Source: a bacterium (lineage in GTDB: Bacteria > Patescibacteriota > Minisyncoccia > Portnoybacterales > GWB1-42-6). From it: DNA of 64,000 bases. The DNA lies in NCBI GenBank assembly GCA_043800535.1, contig JAZDMV010000023.1:27264-91263 (forward strand). The letters run 5' to 3'. This document shows positions 1 to 9,518 of the stretch, in pieces; position 1 is the stretch's first letter, and every line of letters begins with the position of its first letter. Below the pieces are notes generated by a model. It was not told the DNA's origin. It worked only from the letters and a program-made list of their open reading frames with translations, and did not search any database. The position numbers and the translations under genes were made by a program.

Positions 1-1
1 C

Positions 2-2167
2 GACCCTAAAACTCATAATGGAGCCAACGTTGCCAAACACCGCGTTTTTTATTTTATCGGTCAGCTGGCCGATGAACTGATGCGCAATAGTCAGATCCAA
101 ACGATATTTTCTTGCTTCGGACAAAATTGTCGCTATGCTTTCTGTGGCAAAGTTTTGAAATTCATCAACATAGAGATAAAAATCGCTACGCGCTTCTTCG
201 GCCAAGTCAATGCGCGAAAAAGCGGCCATCAGAAGTTTGCCCACGTTTATCAAACCTAGCAAACTGCTGTTTATATCGCCAAGCCGTCCTTTGCTTAAAT
301 TTACCAATAAGATTTTTTTGCTGTCCATCAGCTGGCGGTAATTTATCGTGCTTTTTGCCTGCCCGATTATCGGCCGCATGTAGTCGTTGGCGATAAAAAC
401 ATTAAATTTGGAAGTGATATAAGGCACGATATTCTGCAAAGCGGCATCCCCGCCCGCCTTCTCCGCTTCTTTTTCCCAAAAATCCCTGACAACCGGATTT
501 TTGCATTTGGAAAGAAGACGCATCCGGAATTCCTTATCCGCTAACACCTTTGGCACTTCCATTAAAGTGGCCTGTGTTGAAGGATCGTCCATCAGAAGCA
601 GGAGCGCGTTTCTTGCGTATTGCTCAAAAATCGGGCCGCCGGTCGTTTTTAAATCATACAGCTTGTCAAAAATATTCATCAACTCATTAATTATGAAAGT
701 TTTTTGTTCAGGATACGCAGGGTCATATTCAAGCATATTGAGCCCAAAAGGCCGTTCAAGGTCCGAAGGATCAAGCAAAACAACATCTTCAGCGCGCTGA
801 GGCGGAATGATTGCCAAAATTTTTTCTATCAGGTCGCCGTGAGGATCAAGCATGGCCACACCTTTCCCAGCCAAAATATCCTGGGCCACAAGATTGTAAA
901 TCAACGTTGATTTACCCGTACCGGTCTGGCCAACGATGTATAGATGCCTGCGCCGATCGTCCTCCTGCAAACGGGCTTCAGTTTCCTGGCCGCGATAGAT
1001 ATTTTTCCCCAGCACCAGTCCTTGCTTTGGAAGATTTATCGGCGCGGCTGCCTGTTTTGCTTTCAAAAATTTAAGCTCGGGAATCGCCAGCGCCACGACA
1101 GGCAAGTGATATATGCTTGTCAGCTCTTCTGTATTCAAAATCATTTTCTGGCCAGGGTCATAGGTTCGGAAAGAAAAATTATAGACAAGACTTTTGAACG
1201 CACGACCTGATGCTCTTACTATTTTTAGGGTGTTAAAATTGGGGTTGTTGAATTGCGCGAAAGCTCCTTCAAGCTGCGCCAAAATCTCTTCTGCTCTAAC
1301 TTGCGTTGCGCCGGAAGCAAGCAGACGGATATTTGTTTCAAATCCTATTTTGCTTGCTTTTTCTTCAAGCGATTTTACCTGTTCCTGCTGAAGCGGAGTC
1401 AAACCAGACACCAGCGCCTGCGGCTGGGACGGATTTTTATTTTCCCCGCCAAAATTCTTCGTAAAGCCTTTCAATGCTGAAGTTTCTTTTAACGCCTGTT
1501 CAAAAGTCCTGTTTTTCTGCATTTCCTGGGCGATTTTTAGCGCCCTCTTCTGCCAATTGCCTGACGCAGGACGAAAAACTATCTGAAGCGCCGCGCCTTC
1601 ATCCTCTTCTTTCAGTTTGCTGAAAGCGTTTACGATTTCGCCGAGCGGATCTGTTTCCAGATTTTTATACGTTTTAAACGGCCAAAAATCGCTCCTCTCC
1701 AAAGTTATGAACGAGCCGGCGGCGGCGCCCTGCGGATTGAAAATATTATAGTCCTTAACCTTTTCAACCTGCGCCTCCGGGAAAAAACCGTGAATCTGTT
1801 TTTCTACGATGCCCTCTATTTGCTTTGAGGCCGCCATATAAAAACAGACTTCTTGACCGATGTGTGGCACCGCCATCTCAAAAACTACGACCGGCTGGCC
1901 GTAGACAAATTTATCCTTATCTTTGCTCTTGAAGCTGGCCAGCGCCGAATAAAGCTGCTCCATAACCGCTATCAACTCCTTATCGCTTTTCCCCTGGCCT
2001 TCCTGTTTTTTGGCGCGCGGCAGAGTAATTAAAAAAAGGCTCATGGAAAGAGCCCGAAAAATGCTGCCTTTGCTTTTAATGGCCGCTATCAGCAACCACA
2101 TTCCCAAAAGCCCTGCGCACAAACCCAGGCCAATGGTCAGAGGGACGAGAATTAGATTGAGATCCAT
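2..2167 (-). CDS. TraG/VirD4-like (HerA/FtsK superfamily) ATPase with a long N-terminal membrane-associated domain; 3' end runs off the window
   Basis: Missing from the ORF track because it is truncated; read manually from ATG at 2167 (MDLNLILVPL...). Contains DRRRHLYIVGQTGTGKS (Walker A), LDPHGD, LYVDEFQNF (Walker B) and LSEARKYRL. Confidence 0.9.
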   Translation of the reverse strand, partial: MDLNLILVPLTIGLGLCAGLLGMWLLIAAIKSKGSIFRALSMSLFLITLPRAKKQEGQGKSDKELIAVMEQLYSALASFKSKDKDKFVYGQPVVVFEMAVPHIGQEVCFYMAASKQIEGIVEKQIHGFFPEAQVEKVKDYNIFNPQGAAAGSFITLERSDFWPFKTYKNLETDPLGEIVNAFSKLKEEDEGAALQIVFRPASGNWQKRALKIAQEMQKNRTFEQALKETSALKGFTKNFGGENKNPSQPQALVSGLTPLQQEQVKSLEEKASKIGFETNIRLLASGATQVRAEEILAQLEGAFAQFNNPNFNTLKIVRASGRAFKSLVYNFSFRTYDPGQKMILNTEELTSIYHLPVVALAIPELKFLKAKQAAAPINLPKQGLVLGKNIYRGQETEARLQEDDRRRHLYIVGQTGTGKSTLIYNLVAQDILAGKGVAMLDPHGDLIEKILAIIPPQRAEDVVLLDPSDLERPFGLNMLEYDPAYPEQKTFIINELMNIFDKLYDLKTTGGPIFEQYARNALLLLMDDPSTQATLMEVPKVLADKEFRMRLLSKCKNPVVRDFWEKEAEKAGGDAALQNIVPYITSKFNVFIANDYMRPIIGQAKSTINYRQLMDSKKILLVNLSKGRLGDINSSLLGLINVGKLLMAAFSRIDLAEEARSDFYLYVDEFQNFATESIATILSEARKYRLDLTIAHQFIGQLTDKIKNAVFGNVGSIMSFRV

Positions 2168-2174
2168 AAATTAA

Positions 2175-2440
2175 AAAATCCAAATGTCAAAATCCCCGCC
2201 CGCCAAAGCCGATTGGGCAGACAATGGGATATTGATGATAAGTGGCAGACACGGGTATAATTTATTAAAACCGCTCGCTCGCTTTGGCAATCGGCGGGCA
2301 GACAAATTGCTCCAAATCAATGACTAAAGCCCAAAATCCAAAACAAATTTAATTTAGTCATTTGAGCTTTGTCTGGTTATGCCAGATCTCGCGCAGCGAG
2401 AGATCTGATTTGACATTTGAACTTTGGATTTTGGATTTTT
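2175..2440. repeat. Composite intergenic inverted repeat: degenerate 7-mer arms with nested GC-rich palindromes
   Basis: AAATCCAAATGTCAAAATCC pairs with GATTTGACATTTGAACTTTGGATTTTGGATTTT. Nested CGCCCGCCAAAGC/GCTTTGGCAATCGGCGGGC and CAGATCTCGCGCAGCGAGAGATCTG. Confidence 0.6.
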
Positions 2441-2833
2441 CTACACTTCTTTTAGTTTCCCCTTTTCCACTAATTGCTGTCTCAATTCGTCAATCAAAGT
2501 ATCATGAAATTTATCTATCAAGTACGCGTCGCTCGTCGCATTAACCGCCTCAACCGCTTTATCTATGCCTTGAGAAAAAGCCAAATCCACCAGCATTTTA
2601 AGCTGGCGGTCTTTTTCGGTCTGTAAAACCTGACTGGCTGGCGCAGCGGCCTGCGCCGGCACTGCGGGTATCGCGGAGGGCGACGGTGTCGGCTTTAGAG
2701 CTTCTTCGGCAGGAGCTGTCTTTGGCATTTCGGCCATCTTCTCCGTTTTTTCCGTCATCTCCGGCTCGGATGGTTTCTCAATCCGCGGCTCAGCCGTTCC
2801 TCCTTCAGTTGGTTCACGATACGGATCTGCCAT
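2441..2833 (-). CDS. Conserved CPR-type hypothetical protein (P/E/A-rich N-terminus, LVDLAFSQGIDKAV...DKFHD C-terminus)
   Basis: 130-aa ORF co-oriented with its neighbours. Confidence 0.7.
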   Translation of the reverse strand: MADPYREPTEGGTAEPRIEKPSEPEMTEKTEKMAEMPKTAPAEEALKPTPSPSAIPAVPAQAAAPASQVLQTEKDRQLKMLVDLAFSQGIDKAVEAVNATSDAYLIDKFHDTLIDELRQQLVEKGKLKEV

Positions 2834-2849
2834 ATTTGATATCGATATT

Positions 2850-3164
2850 TTACAAGTTTAAATCTTTTATCCGGTCAAGAACCTCTTTTTTGAATTTAAT
2901 CACCTCTTCCTCTGTTATTTGCTCGATCTCAGGAACTTTAGAAATCAAAAAACGATATATCTCCTGGTCGTTTTCCTTGCCCAAAAGCTTATTAAATTGT
3001 TCTTTGTCTGCCACTGACAAACTTTTAATCACCTGCAGAAGCACCCGCGTCTGTATAAGGTTGCTCATTTTATTTAAAAGCTCAAATTTTCGTTCGTCAG
3101 CCAGGTCCTGCAATCCTAATTCCGTGATTATGTTTTTATTCATCAGATCACTATTTTGTGCCAT
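2850..3164 (-). CDS. Small helical hypothetical protein (DUF5663-like)
   Basis: 104-aa ORF with the pattern ELGLQDLADERK...VPEIEQITEEE. Confidence 0.65.
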   Translation of the reverse strand: MAQNSDLMNKNIITELGLQDLADERKFELLNKMSNLIQTRVLLQVIKSLSVADKEQFNKLLGKENDQEIYRFLISKVPEIEQITEEEVIKFKKEVLDRIKDLNL

Positions 3165-3170
3165 AGATTT

Positions 3171-3398
3171 TTAGAAATACTTCTCCGGATTAAATATATG
3201 CCTGCTCCTCGATTGCTGGACTATCGTCCGCAAGTCCTCCGGAAGTTCGCTTATTGCCCTATTCTGCTCTGCACCTTTTTCGTCAAGAAATCGTTTAAAG
3301 CGCTCAAATTTATTTTCCGCTGGTTTTTCTTTTTCAACAGATACGTCCCCGCCTAAATCCTGACCCTCCGCCTTCCCAAAAAAACTAAAAAGTCCCAT
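3171..3398 (-). CDS. Hypothetical protein
   Basis: 75-aa ORF with an AAGGAG SD upstream, tightly packed with the next gene. Confidence 0.55.
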   Translation of the reverse strand: MGLFSFFGKAEGQDLGGDVSVEKEKPAENKFERFKRFLDEKGAEQNRAISELPEDLRTIVQQSRSRHIFNPEKYF

Positions 3399-3510
3399 AG
3401 TTAGTTCTCCTTTTTTAATAATAAAAAACTATACCTAAAAATTAGCATCCTTACGGCCTTTCCTCTATTCTAGCACAAAAAAATTAAGCAAGTAAGGCGG
3501 CGCTTTCCAG

Positions 3511-3519
3511 TTATCCACA
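3511..3519 (+). promoter_or_regulatory. Consensus DnaA box TTATCCACA
   Basis: Exact 9-mer in a divergent promoter region. Confidence 0.45.
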
Positions 3520-3555
3520 CGACATGCGTTTTTATCCTGTGATATAATATGCTAT

Positions 3556-5226
3556 ATGGATCAACCAACAAAAAAACTCGGATTGACCCTGCTTTTGCTC
3601 ATTTTAGCAATTGCAGTTTTTTTTAGATTCTATAAGCTGGACCAGATCCCGCCCGCCCTTTATCCAGATGTGGCGATTAACGGAACCGACGCGTTAAATG
3701 CCCTGCAAAATGATGATTTCAGAATTTTTTACCCGGCTAACAACGGCCGCGAGGGATTATTTATGAATCTTATAGCGCTCAGCTTTTCTGTTTTTGGCGC
3801 GAGCGTCTGGGCGATAAAGGTCGTAGCGGCGATGTTTGGTACGCTGACGGTGCTAGGCCTTTATTTAATGATCAAAGAAATGTTTAAAAACGGCTCAAAG
3901 AACGGCGAGTATATTGCGTTGCTTTCCGCTTTTTTTATTGCTGTTTCTTTCTGGCACGTCAATTTTTCACGGATCGGCTTCCGCGCTGTTATGGTGCCGT
4001 TTTTCCTCGTCTGGAGTTTATATTTTTTGTTTAAAGCTAGTAACTCGACACCAATACAAGAAATTTCCACGAATGACACGAAAAAAAATCCTCTTATTCC
4101 TTATTTCCTATTTCTTGTTTCTGGTTTATTATTTGGCCTCGGCTTCCATACATACATCGCTTTCCGCGTCGCGCCTCTGGTTTTAGTGCCGATCTTTATT
4201 TTTGACATGATAAAAAACTGGCCGCGGGTTAAGCTGGGCCGCTGGTTTATTTTTGCGTTCGGCATAATTTTGGCCGTCTCGCCACTTGCTTATTATTACT
4301 TAAATAACCCGGCTGACTTTATGGGCCGGGCGGGACAGGTTTCAATTTTTGCCTCTGCCAGCCCCATAAAGGCACTCTTTGACGCGACGCTCAAAACTTT
4401 AGGCCAGTTCGTTTTCCGCGGCGACTATAACTGGCGGCACAATCTTTCGGGCGCGCCGCAGGTGTTCTGGCCGCTCATTCCTTTCTTTTTGCTCGGCCTT
4501 GCTTATTCACTTATTCAAATATTCAAAAAACAAAATTATATTCAAAGATCCTGGGCTTTGCTTTCCTGCCACTGGTCACTCGTTTTTCTCTGGGGAACGA
4601 TGCTTTTACCCTCAATTCTGACCAACGAAGGCCTGCCTCATGCCCTGCGTTCTATCGGCGCAATTCCCGCCACCTTTATTTTTGTGGGTGTGGGCGTTTA
4701 TTTGGCCATTGATTATCTAAATTCAAAACTATTAAAATACGAACATCTTCTTTTTGCTTATAAATACGCGGCCGCCGGGCTGTTTGTCTTGCTTTTGATT
4801 AGCATTGCCGGCTTTTCTTATTACCAGTATTTTATCTACTGGGGCGAGCATCCAGAAACCGAAGGCGCTTTCACTAAAAAATTTGTTGACGAGGCCTTAT
4901 ATCTTAAATCCCTGCCTTCCGCTGTAAAAAAATATGTGGTGGTCAATGAAAACGGCACGGCTGTGCCATATCCTGACGGCATTCCCATGCCTGCCCAGAC
5001 CATAATGTTCCTTACACAAACAAGCCAACCGCCTGTCCAGGTACAGTATATTAAACACAATCAACTGGCGGATTTGGCGCAAATATCTGATCTTAGCTCG
5101 CCCGTCGTTATATTGCCCATGAAATACGACCAAGAAATCTTCCGGCAGCTCTGGAATATGTTTCCGTATTCGCAAACAGAAATAATGGAAGCCAGCGGCT
5201 TCGCTGTTCTAAAAATCAATTTCTAA
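3556..5226 (+). CDS. GT-C (ArnT/PMT, GT39-like) membrane glycosyltransferase
   Basis: Multiple TM segments; RFYKLDQIPPALYPD, NNGREGLF, SFWHVNFSRIGFR and PHALRSIG motifs. Confidence 0.85.
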   Translation: MDQPTKKLGLTLLLLILAIAVFFRFYKLDQIPPALYPDVAINGTDALNALQNDDFRIFYPANNGREGLFMNLIALSFSVFGASVWAIKVVAAMFGTLTVLGLYLMIKEMFKNGSKNGEYIALLSAFFIAVSFWHVNFSRIGFRAVMVPFFLVWSLYFLFKASNSTPIQEISTNDTKKNPLIPYFLFLVSGLLFGLGFHTYIAFRVAPLVLVPIFIFDMIKNWPRVKLGRWFIFAFGIILAVSPLAYYYLNNPADFMGRAGQVSIFASASPIKALFDATLKTLGQFVFRGDYNWRHNLSGAPQVFWPLIPFFLLGLAYSLIQIFKKQNYIQRSWALLSCHWSLVFLWGTMLLPSILTNEGLPHALRSIGAIPATFIFVGVGVYLAIDYLNSKLLKYEHLLFAYKYAAAGLFVLLLISIAGFSYYQYFIYWGEHPETEGAFTKKFVDEALYLKSLPSAVKKYVVVNENGTAVPYPDGIPMPAQTIMFLTQTSQPPVQVQYIKHNQLADLAQISDLSSPVVILPMKYDQEIFRQLWNMFPYSQTEIMEASGFAVLKINF

Positions 5227-5235
5227 TTTTTTATT

Positions 5236-5473
5236 TCTTGCATCTGAAAATTTTGTAAGAAAATTTTCTTTAAAAATCGCGCATGGCGAAAAATTTATAA
5301 GAAAATCGAGACAAGCGAGGCGTGTAGAAAATTGGCGACGGAGCCGCGCCGCCGCAACGGCGGCGCGAGTGCGACTTTACGAGCCAATTTTTAGCCGAAC
5401 GAATCCGATTTTCTAAAATTTTTGCGCCCTGCGCGTGGTCTTTTGTTACTTTTCTGCCATCAGAAAAGTAACA
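5236..5473. repeat. ~235-bp multi-hairpin repeat element, copy 1
   Basis: Starts TCTTGCATCTGAAAATTTTGtAAGAAAAT and ends TCTTTTGTTACTTTTCTGCCATCAGAAAAGTAAC; homologous to 12415-12642. Confidence 0.7.
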
Positions 5474-5481
5474 ATAAAACT

Positions 5482-7602
5482 ATGTCTGAAACCTTAACCA
5501 AATCTATCGCCGCCTTGCTTTTAATTTTCATGATCTCCGTGGCCTATTACTCCATGCTTGATGATTCTGCCATCATGGACGAAGTTTCGCATCTGCCGGC
5601 CGGATATTCATATGTCAGCCAGGGCGATATGCGCATTAACCCCGAACATCCGCCGCTTGTCAAAGACCTTGCCGGCGGCGCTGTATGGCTCGCTTCAAAA
5701 ATTTATAATATCCAAATTGCTTTCCCTTCAAGCAGCCCTGCCTGGCTCGCCGAAACACGAGGCGCTATAAACAGCCAGTGGAATTTTGGCTTTGATTTTA
5801 TGTATGGCCAGGGCAATCCGGCTGATTTTATGCTTTTTGTCGGCCGCCTGCCTATGCTTTTTATCCTGCTGGTTCTGGGCATTTATATTTTCCGCTGGAC
5901 AAAAGAAATTTTTGGCAAACAGGCGGCGCTTCTGGCTTTATTTCTTTTCGCTTTTTCGCCGACCTTTCTTGCGCACGGCCGGCTCGTTACCACTGATGTG
6001 GCCGCCTCTGCCGCAGTTTTTATCGCTACCTACTATTTTATCCACTGGCTGAAAAAACCAACTGTCTGGACTCTGTTTTTTGCCGGTCTTTGGTTTGGCA
6101 TCGCGCAGCTCGCAAAATTTTCGATGTTTCTGCTCGTATTGCTATTTGGATTTATGGTTATTGCCTGGATAATACATAAATTAATCAGCAATAGAGTCCA
6201 AGCGCCCGAACCTCTTTCTGACGCTTTATACAAAACGCCCGGCAAAGATAATAAAAAAGCGACATCATTCAAGATCGCATGGCGGCATCTTGGTGGCCTT
6301 GTCTTTATCTTTCTTTTTGGCTATGGTTTTGTCGTCACGCCTGTATACTATTTTCACATAAAGAATCTTCCCGCGGAAAAACAACGCCAGGAAGCTGTCT
6401 GCGTTCTTGCGTCCTACGCGGGCGGACCGCTGGATGTAAAAACTCTGGAACAAAAGTCAAGCGAGTGGTGCATGCAAAAGCCGGAGATTGAATTAGCCGC
6501 CTGCAAAACCCCAAGCCGTATCACGCGCTGTCCTGCCGACATTGCCGTTTGGATGTCTGATAAAGCCACACCCTTGCGTGCCTTTGGCCATTATCTTTTG
6601 GGTCTTGTCATGGTTGTCCAGCGGGCAAGCGGAGGCAACACAACTTTCTTCTTAGGCCAGATTTCTGCTGCGGGCTGGAAATCATATTTCCCGATTATTT
6701 ATCTGATCAAAGAACCTCTGACATTGCATATTTTTACACTCATTGCTCTTATCACCCTTGCATATTACTTTGTCCAAAAGAAAACAAAAAAGACAGAGAT
6801 TCCTTTACCGCCGAGCCAAGCCAGCATGCTTAGTAAAATTTCTGGCTGGCTTGAAAAAAATATCGATGCCTTTGCCATGCTCGTTTTTATCGCGCTTTAC
6901 TGGATAACCAGCTTAAGCTCTAACTTAAACATCGGAGTCCGCCACATCCTGCCGACTTTTCCGCTCATCTACACGCTTGTTTCCGGCCAAATAATTTATT
7001 GGGCGAGGAATAAAAAACATGAACCGCTGTCTACATTCCAGCCAAATAGCGCCTTGTCAGCGCAACCACACGTATTATATGATACACGGATTAGTAAACA
7101 AACCAATTTCACGCCTCTAGTGAAGAAACAAAAAACTTACCTTTACGCAAAATACGGAGCAATTTCCGCTTTGGTCGGCTGGCAGGCGGTTTCCGTTATG
7201 GCCGTTTTCCCGTCATTTTTGGCATATTTCAACGAAAGCGTCGGTGGGCCGGGACAGGGATATAAATATGTGGCTGATTCAAATCTTGACTGGGGACAAG
7301 ATTTAGTACGCCTCAAAAGCTGGGCCAGTCAGCAAGGTATCCAGAGACTTTATGTTGACTATTTTGGCGGCGGAGATGCCAAATATTATTTGGGCGATAA
7401 GTTCCAGCCCTGGTGGGGAGACCGAAATCCGTCTGACCTGAAAAGCGGCGACTGGCTTGCTGTTTCAGCCACGTTTCTGCAGGGCGGCCGCGGAAAACCC
7501 GCGCCTGGTTATAAAGACAAAACGGGCTACTACGACTGGCTTAACAACTTGCAGCCAAAAGCGGTTATCGGATATTCCATCTTTGTTTATCAGATACCCT
7601 GA
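5482..7602 (+). CDS. GT-C (ArnT/PMT, GT39-like) membrane glycosyltransferase
   Basis: MDEVSHLPAGYSY, NPEHPPLVK, HGRLVTTD, NIGVRHILP and DSNLDWGQD motifs. Start moved to ATG 5482 because the upstream extension lies inside a repeat. Confidence 0.85.
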   Translation: MSETLTKSIAALLLIFMISVAYYSMLDDSAIMDEVSHLPAGYSYVSQGDMRINPEHPPLVKDLAGGAVWLASKIYNIQIAFPSSSPAWLAETRGAINSQWNFGFDFMYGQGNPADFMLFVGRLPMLFILLVLGIYIFRWTKEIFGKQAALLALFLFAFSPTFLAHGRLVTTDVAASAAVFIATYYFIHWLKKPTVWTLFFAGLWFGIAQLAKFSMFLLVLLFGFMVIAWIIHKLISNRVQAPEPLSDALYKTPGKDNKKATSFKIAWRHLGGLVFIFLFGYGFVVTPVYYFHIKNLPAEKQRQEAVCVLASYAGGPLDVKTLEQKSSEWCMQKPEIELAACKTPSRITRCPADIAVWMSDKATPLRAFGHYLLGLVMVVQRASGGNTTFFLGQISAAGWKSYFPIIYLIKEPLTLHIFTLIALITLAYYFVQKKTKKTEIPLPPSQASMLSKISGWLEKNIDAFAMLVFIALYWITSLSSNLNIGVRHILPTFPLIYTLVSGQIIYWARNKKHEPLSTFQPNSALSAQPHVLYDTRISKQTNFTPLVKKQKTYLYAKYGAISALVGWQAVSVMAVFPSFLAYFNESVGGPGQGYKYVADSNLDWGQDLVRLKSWASQQGIQRLYVDYFGGGDAKYYLGDKFQPWWGDRNPSDLKSGDWLAVSATFLQGGRGKPAPGYKDKTGYYDWLNNLQPKAVIGYSIFVYQIP

Positions 7603-7640
7603 TAAGATCTGAAATTTCTTATCGCCTTGTCTTATAAGCT

Positions 7641-7665
7641 AATGCCCCGCACGGTGCGGGGCATT
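7641..7665. repeat. CCCCGCACGGTGCGGGG palindrome; may act as terminator between convergent genes
   Basis: AATGCCCCGCAC-G-GTGCGGGGCATT; the same core occurs at 41270 and 51221. Confidence 0.6.
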
Positions 7666-7710
7666 TTATAATTATTTCCTTTAAACTATCAGCTGTTTTT
7701 TATTAACTGT

Positions 7711-8565
7711 TTACTGCCAATATTTATAATACACCCTATCCTCAACCCTTAAATCCACATACTCCAACAGGGCGCGTTTTTCCTTTATTTTTTCCTCCAA
7801 TACTCTTTTTAAAGCGTTGATCTGCGATGACGGCGATTTAGTTGTATCCAGCAGAATTCGCCAGCCCTCCGGCGTCAAAATCTCCAAATCGCCAAGCGTC
7901 TGCGAAGCGATTATAAAATCAGTCAAAATCATGTTCACGCCAGCCAGCTCTTTTTTTACCGCCAGGATAAATTTTAAGCGTTCCGGATTTGCGACCGTGC
8001 GGCGCAAATCAAGATCCTGGGAAGTTTTATCATAGACAGTCGGCACTGCCCCGCCACTTAAAATTGGAGCGTTTTTAAAGATAAACCCTTCTGAGTCGAC
8101 AAAAAAACAACTTTCAGCCGATGGTAAACTCGCCTGAACTGCTTGCGTGACCGATGAGGTGGAAATTTCTTCGTTCTCGGGCGCAGGTACACGACACCAG
8201 ATGGCAGATGCCTGCCGTTCCTCAATTTTAATTATGGCCGAGTGCTCAAAGGGCTTTTCTGTCAAAACAACGCTTTTAATCTCTGGAAACGCTCGAATGA
8301 TTGCGCCGATTATTTTTTTCTGGGGAAAAAGAATTAAATTATCTTTGGGAATTTTGTTAAAAAATTTTTCTCCGATTATCGAACGGCTTATTTCTTCGAT
8401 GCTCTTTGCGTCAACCTCTTTTGTTCCTTCTACCTTTATGTTGCTGATTTTGGCAAAAGACGTGAAAACTATCAGGTAAAAAATGCTGGCAATTAAAAAC
8501 AAAAGGAAACCGCCCGCAACGGCTATTTTCCAAACCCATTTTTTACTTCCTCCTTTAGATTTCAT
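7711..8565 (-). CDS. ftsQ: Cell division protein FtsQ/DivIB
   Basis: N-terminal TM, POTRA-like region (ISNIKVEG...FPEIKSV...IEER), C-terminal EYVDLR; directly downstream of ddl. Confidence 0.8.
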   Translation of the reverse strand: MKSKGGSKKWVWKIAVAGGFLLFLIASIFYLIVFTSFAKISNIKVEGTKEVDAKSIEEISRSIIGEKFFNKIPKDNLILFPQKKIIGAIIRAFPEIKSVVLTEKPFEHSAIIKIEERQASAIWCRVPAPENEEISTSSVTQAVQASLPSAESCFFVDSEGFIFKNAPILSGGAVPTVYDKTSQDLDLRRTVANPERLKFILAVKKELAGVNMILTDFIIASQTLGDLEILTPEGWRILLDTTKSPSSQINALKRVLEEKIKEKRALLEYVDLRVEDRVYYKYWQ

Positions 8566-8591
8566 TTTCCATGTTTCTTATTTATAGACTT

Positions 8592-9512
8592 TCATTTTTC
8601 CATCGCTAATTCGATCAACCTGTCCAGCAGTTCCGGAAAGCTAATTCCTGCTGCCGCGGCTGCCTGCGGCACAAGCGATGTTTCGGTCATGCCCGGAATC
8701 GTGTTTATTTCAAGCACAAACGGTTTTGAGCCGTGTAAGATCATATCTGTCCTCGTCACGCCGCGACACCCGAGGCTCATGTGCGTTTTCACTGCCAGTG
8801 CCTGTATTTTTTTTGTCAAAACCGAGTCAATGCGAGCGGGACAAATTTCTTCCGAGCCGCCCTTGTCATACTTTGCTTTGTAATCAAAAAAACAGGAGAC
8901 TTTGGGCTTTATCTCAATAACCGGCAAGGCGCGGGGCTTGCTGTTGCCAAGAACCGCAACGGTCATCTCGCGACCTTCAATAAAATCCTCAACCAAAACT
9001 TTTTGCCCGAAAACCATCGCTTTTTTTATCGCACCCTTGAATTGTCCCGGCCCTTGCACAATTGTCACGCCGACAGACGAACCCTGCGCCAGCGGTTTGA
9101 CAACGCAGGGAAACTTTACTTTTTTCAGCGAAATGTGATTGTTTTTTGCAAAAATAAAATATTTTGGGCTGGCGATTTTTTCCTTCTTGAAAATCTTTTT
9201 TGCCATCTCTTTGTCCATCGCTAAAGCCGAAGCCAAAACGCCGGAAAAGACATAAGGTATCCCAAACAATTCAAACATCCCTTGAATCGTGCCGTCCTCG
9301 CCAAAAGAGCCGTGCAAAGCCGGGAAAACTACATCAACTTTTTTTCTTCTCAAAAGATCAACCAGCTTGAGCAGGTGTTTTGCCGGATCAAACAAAAAAA
9401 CCTCGTACTTATCTTTGGCGAGATTCTTCTTTATCATCTGCCCGGTCTTAATTGAAATATCCCGCTCGGCTGATTTCCCTCCGCTCAGCAAAGCGACTCT
9501 AATTTTTTTCAT
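8592..9512 (-). CDS. ddl: D-alanine--D-alanine ligase
   Basis: GGKSAERDIS, LHGSFGEDG, GSSVG, FDYKAKY and LEINTIPGMT motifs. Confidence 0.96.
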   Translation of the reverse strand: MKKIRVALLSGGKSAERDISIKTGQMIKKNLAKDKYEVFLFDPAKHLLKLVDLLRRKKVDVVFPALHGSFGEDGTIQGMFELFGIPYVFSGVLASALAMDKEMAKKIFKKEKIASPKYFIFAKNNHISLKKVKFPCVVKPLAQGSSVGVTIVQGPGQFKGAIKKAMVFGQKVLVEDFIEGREMTVAVLGNSKPRALPVIEIKPKVSCFFDYKAKYDKGGSEEICPARIDSVLTKKIQALAVKTHMSLGCRGVTRTDMILHGSKPFVLEINTIPGMTETSLVPQAAAAAGISFPELLDRLIELAMEK

Positions 9513-9518
9513 GTCTCG

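Noticed and set aside
112-1480. Several + strand ORFs in the track
   Set aside because: They are shadows antisense to the long minus-strand ATPase ORF (2-2167)
5422-5481. N-terminal extension of the second GT-C gene
   Set aside because: It lies within the repeat element; ATG 5482 fits the family start
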